This document shows positions 14,716-20,000 of a stretch of DNA of 20,000 bases, in pieces. The notes under the pieces are model-generated. The model saw nothing but the letters and a program-made list of their open reading frames with translations. It did not search any database and was not told where the DNA came from. The position numbers and the translations under genes were made by a program. Position 1 is the first letter of the stretch; the number at the start of each line of letters is the position of its first letter. Source of the stretch: an uncultured virus (IMG/VR IMGVR_UViG_2645727837_000002) (taxonomy: Duplodnaviria; Heunggongvirae; Uroviricota; Caudoviricetes); IMG/VR virus record IMGVR_UViG_2645727837_000002, positions 59,967 through 79,966 of that record. One strand, written 5' to 3'.

Positions 14716-17529
14716 ATGAACCGGCTCTACCTGTCCCGTCAGTCCCTCAACCAGCTCGCCGCGAACGCGAACTCGATGCTCGACGGCCTCATGCAGTTCG
14801 TCGATCGTCACACGAAAGACGACCCGGACACGGGTCAGGACTACATGATCCTCAACAGCAAGAGCGTGCTCTGCAACAACATGCACTACGAGACGGGGAG
14901 CGTCTGGTACACCCCGAACGGCACGGCCACGACCGAAGGTCAGGCCCTGTACATCCTCGGCCTCTACTACGCATGGAAAGGCACCGGCAAGCGCTCCTAC
15001 CTCGACCGCGCCGTGCGTGCGATCGACGCGTACCTGGACCTCTTCTACGCCGGCCAGCCGACGCCGACCACGCCGCAGATCTACCGCTCGAACTGGATCA
15101 TCAACGGCAAGCGCCCGTTTCAGGCCTTCGGCCCGCTGGACCCGAACAACCCGGACAGCCCCGGTGGCAAGGGCATTCAGGTGCAGTTCACGAACGGCAT
15201 GGGCCAGATCCCGACCGGCGACCCGTACAACGGCCAGCTCATCACGCGTCTGTATTCCGTCTACAACGGGAAGCTCTCGTACGACTCCGTGCGCTCGGGC
15301 GTCAATGCTGGTGGCACGGTCTACCCGTTCGCTTCGTACGTGACGTACGACGGCGTGCGCCACAACGCGGATCAGGACGCGATCGACCCGAACGGCGACC
15401 CACCGGGGACGATCCGCCTCGTCGACACGACGTTCACCGGCACGGCGCTGGTGAACTACGCGAACATGACCGGCCCGATGATCGGCCGCAACGAGCCGTT
15501 CGATGTCTGGCCGATCTGGATGGCGTTGTCTCCCGACCAGTGGGGCAACTCGATCGACTCGGAGCAGTGGTTCGCCGAGGCCTGCTACTTGATGTTCCAG
15601 GAGACTGGCAACCCGCGCTACTTCAACGCGTTCAACGCCTCAATCTACACCATCAACGACGCGACCGACCTTCAAGCCGACGGCTTCTATTTCCGCCAGG
15701 ACACGAAGGCCGCTGACCCGTTCAACGTGGGCATCGCGTACGACTGGGAATACCTCGGCGACGCGATGGCGACGGTCAACCGCGACAGCAGCGGCTACAT
15801 CCACGTGTCGAAGACCGCTGAATCGAACGTGAACAAGGAGAGCACGGTCGCGCTCGAACAGATCGCCGTCTACACGCGCATCGACTCCAGCAAGACGGCG
15901 ATGGTCAACACCATCGGCATCAACACGCCGAAGGCTCGCATCGAGTTCCTGACGCGGATGAAGACCGACCTCCTGAGCGACGGCCGGCAGTATCGCTATG
16001 CCCTGCCCTCGAACGGTAGCGTGACGCCGACGCAGATGGTGGTCCCGTTCGGCCAGATGGTCACGGCGACGCAATCGGACGGCCAGCAGCACGCCATGCT
16101 CGACGGTTCGAGCTTCGTGCCGTACGGCAACGCCGGCTACACCACCACGTACGAGGGCGGCATCCTCGGCGACGCTGGCCGCGCTGACTGGATCGGCACG
16201 GTCAACATCAATGACAGCACTTCCGGCGTCGTCGCCGGCTTCTGGCTCGCAACACCGACCACCCGCGCCCTCACATCGTTGACGTACCGCGTGAACAGCG
16301 GCGAGATCTGGTTGAAGGTCACGGACGCGCTTGGCAATAAGTATCAGCGCGTGCTGCCCTCCGGTGGTTGGACCACGCTGCCGCTGAGCTGGTCCGACTT
16401 CACGCTCGTGCCGAATCAGGCGGCAGGCACGCCGGCCGCACCGACGCCGAATGGTGCGATGACGCAGATCGAATTCATCACGAACAACGGCCAAGGTGGT
16501 TCGGTCTCGACGTACTGCTGGGGCGAGATCCCGCAGAAGCTCGTGTCGGTCAACGACTACTCGACCGAGTGGTTCATCCATGTGAAATGCCAGCCGGCGA
16601 TGGAGATGGCCGTGGGAGACGTGTATGCGTCCAACCCTGCCCCGCTCGCGCTGAAATACTCACCTGGAGTGCTTCCCTTCACGACGAAGTATTCGGTTTC
16701 CCGCGCACGGAAGGATTACTGGCGAGGAACACCGTACACCGGCTACCAGTATGGGCCGATGTGGGTACTCTCGGGCAAGACCCAGTATTACACCAACTGC
16801 ATCGCCTTCTACTACGACGCGCAGGAAGCATACGCGAAGAAGATCGGTGTCATGGGTCCGGTTGCGCCGCTCTATGTGTGGCCGCGCTACGACCAGCTCG
16901 ATCAAGGCCCCATCGACACGTTCGCATGGGGTACGGACAAACCGTACCCGTGGGCGGGGTACAACGCGCGCGCGTTCTTCGCAGGTTGCCGGATGTGGCA
17001 GTTGCTCGTGCAGCAGGGTTTCCCTGTCGATACCCGGCTCATCACATTCTGCGAGCGCTATGCGAAGTATCTGGCTGATTTCCAGGATGCAAACGACAAC
17101 CTGACGCCGACTGAGTTTCCGCCTGACAAGCCGGCGTTCAACGATGACTACGACCACACCGGCCATATGACGGCGCTGTACATGGCGGGTGCAGTCTGTA
17201 TGAAGTTCGCCGGTTCGAAGTCCACCTACGTCGATCGCGTGATCAACGGCTGTATGGTCGAATTCACGCGCACGCAGGTGATCGAAGACCCGACCGGCCC
17301 CTACTCCGACATGAGCGGTGCGTACTCAAGCTGGTCGCATGGTCACTACTTCTACGGATTTTGGGCGGGCGAGATCATGCGCGCGCTAGGACTCTTGATG
17401 ATGTGGAATCTGCGCAATCAGCAAGGTGCAGGCATCCAAATCGAGGAATCCAACATCCTGCTTGAAAACGCGTCCGGACATATCGCCGCAGAAGACGGCA
17501 CTTTGATCAAAACAGAGACTTCCCTATGA
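14716..17529 (+). CDS. Large (937 aa) putative virion-associated glycosidase, GH8-like with inserted beta domains
   Basis: 'TTEGQALYILG' (from 14929) resembles the GH8 SEGQxY catalytic-Glu motif. 'GNSIDSEQWFA' (from 15544) resembles the GH8 NxAxDxD region. Helical aromatic-rich ends and a beta-rich middle. Confidence 0.55.
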   Translation: MNRLYLSRQSLNQLAANANSMLDGLMQFVDRHTKDDPDTGQDYMILNSKSVLCNNMHYETGSVWYTPNGTATTEGQALYILGLYYAWKGTGKRSYLDRAVRAIDAYLDLFYAGQPTPTTPQIYRSNWIINGKRPFQAFGPLDPNNPDSPGGKGIQVQFTNGMGQIPTGDPYNGQLITRLYSVYNGKLSYDSVRSGVNAGGTVYPFASYVTYDGVRHNADQDAIDPNGDPPGTIRLVDTTFTGTALVNYANMTGPMIGRNEPFDVWPIWMALSPDQWGNSIDSEQWFAEACYLMFQETGNPRYFNAFNASIYTINDATDLQADGFYFRQDTKAADPFNVGIAYDWEYLGDAMATVNRDSSGYIHVSKTAESNVNKESTVALEQIAVYTRIDSSKTAMVNTIGINTPKARIEFLTRMKTDLLSDGRQYRYALPSNGSVTPTQMVVPFGQMVTATQSDGQQHAMLDGSSFVPYGNAGYTTTYEGGILGDAGRADWIGTVNINDSTSGVVAGFWLATPTTRALTSLTYRVNSGEIWLKVTDALGNKYQRVLPSGGWTTLPLSWSDFTLVPNQAAGTPAAPTPNGAMTQIEFITNNGQGGSVSTYCWGEIPQKLVSVNDYSTEWFIHVKCQPAMEMAVGDVYASNPAPLALKYSPGVLPFTTKYSVSRARKDYWRGTPYTGYQYGPMWVLSGKTQYYTNCIAFYYDAQEAYAKKIGVMGPVAPLYVWPRYDQLDQGPIDTFAWGTDKPYPWAGYNARAFFAGCRMWQLLVQQGFPVDTRLITFCERYAKYLADFQDANDNLTPTEFPPDKPAFNDDYDHTGHMTALYMAGAVCMKFAGSKSTYVDRVINGCMVEFTRTQVIEDPTGPYSDMSGAYSSWSHGHYFYGFWAGEIMRALGLLMMWNLRNQQGAGIQIEESNILLENASGHIAAEDGTLIKTETSL

Positions 17530-18644
17530 GCGACATGAAAATCTCGGAGTTCAACGAACTCCAGAATCCAGTTGATGACGCAATGCTCGCGGGAGCATAT
17601 GGCGGCAACAACTTCAAGTTGAAGCTTTCGACACTGCGCGCGTGGTTCGGAATCGTGACGCAGAAGGCGGCAGGCTTCATGAGCGCGGACGACAAGACCA
17701 AGCTCGACGGTATTGCATCACAAGCGACAAAGAACAGCGCGGACGCGACGCTTCTAAACCGGCAGAACCACACTGGCCAGCAAGACGCGAGCACCGTGGC
17801 CGGTCTCGCGAAAGTGGCAACGAGCGGCAGCTACAAGGATCTGAAAGACGCCCCGCCCACTGGCATCCCGGTCGCAACAAGCACCCAGCTTGGTGGCGTG
17901 AAACTCGGCCCTGGCCAGACAACCGATGGCGATGGCACATTGCGGATCTCGCGCTTCGCCGAGCGTGCAGCATTTGATCCGGTGATGAAGGCCGGCACGG
18001 TCGCGCTCTCGAACAACAACCTGACCGCTACCGTCCCTGGCGGGAAGCAAGTCGTAGCGCTCGGAACGACCGGCATGAAAGCGGGAAAGTGGTACTTCGA
18101 AGCCACATTCGTCTCGGGCACATCCAGCGGGAACGCCGCGGTCGGCGTGTGCCCGCGTAACGAGGCGATGGACGCTCAGGTCGGATATGACGACGGTCAG
18201 GGGACGATCGGGAAATTCCAGTCGAGCGGGAACGTGTATCGAGACGGTGGCACGAACTCCGGGGCGGGCGCGGCATTCAACGTCGCAGGGGACACAGTCG
18301 GCGTAGCGATCGACGCGACGTCGCGCACGGCATGGTTCAGAGTCAACGGCGGCGTCTGGAACGGTAGCGCTTCGAACGACCCGGCAACTGGCGTGGGTGG
18401 TTACCCCATCGGCGGCACGTTCCCGCTCTTCCCCGCCATCTGCTCCGATGTTGCGTCCGTGTGGACCGTAAACTTCACTGGGCCATTCGCAGCAGCTTCC
18501 CCGACTGGATTCATCCCGTGGTCGCAAGGCAGCTTGCAGCTCTCCCTCGGGGATTGCGCAGACGTCGACCTGACCGGTGCAAAGGCTGGCGACACGCTGA
18601 AGCTCTCAACTGCCGGTGTCTGGAAGCCATCCTCGGTCGCGTAA
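17526..18644 (+). CDS. Fibre-like protein with SPRY/concanavalin-like domain
   Basis: N-terminal 'MSDMKISEF'. Fibre motifs 'AGFMSADDKTKLDGIA', 'LLNRQNHTGQQ', 'LAKVATSGSYKDL', 'PVATSTQLGGVK'. SPRY-like 'GKWYFE...VGV...GDTVGVAIDA...WFRVNG'. Confidence 0.7.
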   Translation: MSDMKISEFNELQNPVDDAMLAGAYGGNNFKLKLSTLRAWFGIVTQKAAGFMSADDKTKLDGIASQATKNSADATLLNRQNHTGQQDASTVAGLAKVATSGSYKDLKDAPPTGIPVATSTQLGGVKLGPGQTTDGDGTLRISRFAERAAFDPVMKAGTVALSNNNLTATVPGGKQVVALGTTGMKAGKWYFEATFVSGTSSGNAAVGVCPRNEAMDAQVGYDDGQGTIGKFQSSGNVYRDGGTNSGAGAAFNVAGDTVGVAIDATSRTAWFRVNGGVWNGSASNDPATGVGGYPIGGTFPLFPAICSDVASVWTVNFTGPFAAASPTGFIPWSQGSLQLSLGDCADVDLTGAKAGDTLKLSTAGVWKPSSVA

Positions 18645-18832
18645 TGGGGGCACCGTCTTTGCCGTTGGGACGTTGTTCGTCGTGTTGTTCTATCTCGCCA
18701 GCTACGCCGGACCTGCTTTGGGCCTCGTAGGTTAACGGCGAGGACTATACGATAGTCGACTAGATTGTGTTGCGACGTGCCAGAGCGCTCCATACCATAC
18801 GCGCTCTGGCCACCACCACACTAGGTCGAAAC

Positions 18833-19021
18833 ATGGAAACCACCACTCCCAAGAAGCTGTATCGCATCAGCGCGGTCATGGATATGCTCAGCATCTCCCG
18901 AACCACCGTCTACCGCCTCGTCGACAAGGGGAAGCTGAAACTGGTCAAGATCGGAGAGCGCTCCAGCGGCATCACCGCCGAAAGCGTCGAAGCGATCATG
19001 ACCGGCACGGACGCAGCTTAA
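18833..19021 (+). CDS. AlpA/excisionase-like helix-turn-helix protein (62 aa)
   Basis: 'LYRISAVMDMLSISRTTVYRLVDKGKLKLVKIGERSS' is an AlpA/Xis winged-HTH pattern. It is the last phage gene before the host gene. Confidence 0.85.
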   Translation: METTTPKKLYRISAVMDMLSISRTTVYRLVDKGKLKLVKIGERSSGITAESVEAIMTGTDAA

Positions 19022-19141
19022 CCCCCTCCCGGCGCTCGGACCCGAGCGCCCGCCCATTTCCCCCGTCGTCTCGCCCCGCTGTCGCCGCGCGCGATATGAT
19101 TGCGCACGCCTGAAAGTCCCAGTTTCTACCGACACAAAAGA

Positions 19142-19223
19142 TGGTAGCTAGACTGGTAGCCAACCCCGAAAATGACGGCATAATCAGCCGAAAAGCCTTG
19201 CCCAGCAAGGATGCGAGAAATTA
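19142..19223. other. Probable prophage attachment region (right end)
   Basis: TGGTAGC direct repeat (19142-19148, 19154-19160) and CCTTGC-cca-GCAAGG inverted repeat (19196-19210), between the Xis-like gene and the host gene. This resembles tyrosine-integrase arm/core sites. The partner att is outside the window. Confidence 0.45.
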
Positions 19224-20000
19224 ATGAAGATCGCCACCTGGAACGTCAACTCCCTGAACGTGCGCAAGCAGCACGTGCTCGACTGGCTCGCGCAGAGCGA
19301 CGTCGACGTGCTGTGCCTTCAGGAGCTCAAGATCCCCGACGAGAAGTTTCCGCGCGAAGCGCTCGAAGCGGCCGGCTACCGCAGCTGGTTCGCGGGCCAG
19401 AAAACCTACAACGGCGTCGCGATCCTCGCGCGCGCGAGCCTGCCGTTCGACGAGACGGATATCGTTCGCAACATCCCCGGCTTCGAGGACGCGCAGCAGC
19501 GCCTGATCGCCGCGACGATCGACGGCGTGCGGATCGTGTCCGCGTACTTCCCGAACGGCCAGGCGCTCGACTCGGACAAGTTCGTCTACAAGATGCAATG
19601 GCTCGACGCGCTGCAGGCATGGCTGAAGGACGAGCTGCAACGCTACCCGAAGCTCGCGCTGCTCGGCGACTACAACATCGCGCCCGAAGATCGCGACGTG
19701 CACGATCCGGCGAAATGGGAAGGCCAGAATCTGGTGTCGCCGCAGGAGCGCGCGCATTTCGCGCAGCTCGTCGCGCTCGGCTTCGTCGACGCGTTCCGAC
19801 GCTTCGAGCAACCCGAGAAGACCTTCACGTGGTGGGATTACCGGATGCTCGCGTTCCGCCGCAACGCCGGGCTGCGGATCGATCACATCCTGCTGTCGCC
19901 GGCGCTCGCCGAAACCTGCACGAGCTGCACCGTCGACCGCGTGCCGCGCACGTGGGAGCAGCCGTCCGACCACACGCCCGTCGTCGCGCAGCTCGGCTGA
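19224..20000 (+). CDS. xthA: Exodeoxyribonuclease III (host gene)
   Basis: 'MKIATWNVNS', 'LCLQELK', 'GQKTYNGVAI', 'YFPNG', 'GDYNIAP', 'FTWWDYR', 'GLRIDHIL', 'SDHTPV'. Complete 258 aa, with visibly more GC-biased codon usage than the phage genes. Confidence 0.97.
   Translation: MKIATWNVNSLNVRKQHVLDWLAQSDVDVLCLQELKIPDEKFPREALEAAGYRSWFAGQKTYNGVAILARASLPFDETDIVRNIPGFEDAQQRLIAATIDGVRIVSAYFPNGQALDSDKFVYKMQWLDALQAWLKDELQRYPKLALLGDYNIAPEDRDVHDPAKWEGQNLVSPQERAHFAQLVALGFVDAFRRFEQPEKTFTWWDYRMLAFRRNAGLRIDHILLSPALAETCTSCTVDRVPRTWEQPSDHTPVVAQLG

Larger units (their letters stand above)
1..19223 (+). mobile_element. Prophage (siphovirus-type tail, lysis and Xis end); left part outside the window
   Basis: Contiguous co-oriented tail, lysis and excisionase genes abut a housekeeping gene. 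Confidence 0.92.

Noticed and set aside
14310..15716. 468-aa Arg/Pro-rich + strand ORF and similar alternative-frame ORFs (e.g. 4972-5943)
   Set aside because: Off-frame read of real genes; the composition is typical of a GC-rich shifted frame.
18461..18730. 89-aa ORF overlapping the end of the SPRY gene
   Set aside because: Largely overlaps a real gene, with no RBS or motif.
19031..19050. GGCGCTCGG/CCGAGCGCC hairpin after the Xis-like gene as an intrinsic terminator
   Set aside because: The stem is real but there is no U-tract on either strand, so it was not called as a terminator.
19022..19223. tRNA/tmRNA integration target or CRISPR array
   Set aside because: No cloverleaf or T-loop motif here, and no regularly spaced repeats anywhere in the window.

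Overview
About 19 kb of this window is the right arm of a lambda-like (non-contractile tail) prophage, all on the + strand. It ends directly upstream of a host exodeoxyribonuclease III gene (xthA, 19224-20000; GC-rich, Burkholderia-like by my judgement). Gene order: tape measure (partial), M-like, L-like, NlpC/P60, JAB/Mov34, I-like and J-like tail-tip genes, a small J-associated gene, an unusual four-gene cassette (8260-12137), a lysis cassette (GH19 endolysin, two membrane proteins, Rz/Rz1), a second fibre/GH8-like glycosidase/SPRY module, an AlpA-like excisionase and a probable att region. The most striking element is the four-gene cassette. Its tail fibre ends in an alternating-cysteine motif (NCNCNCACT-C) fused directly to a Hint (intein-like) domain that lacks the terminal His-Asn. 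It overlaps an unknown 236-aa gene, followed by a radical SAM/SPASM enzyme and a coiled-coil gene. This suggests a RiPP-like post-translational maturation system for a virion fibre; that role is inference. All calls come from motif recognition by eye, and no database searches were run.
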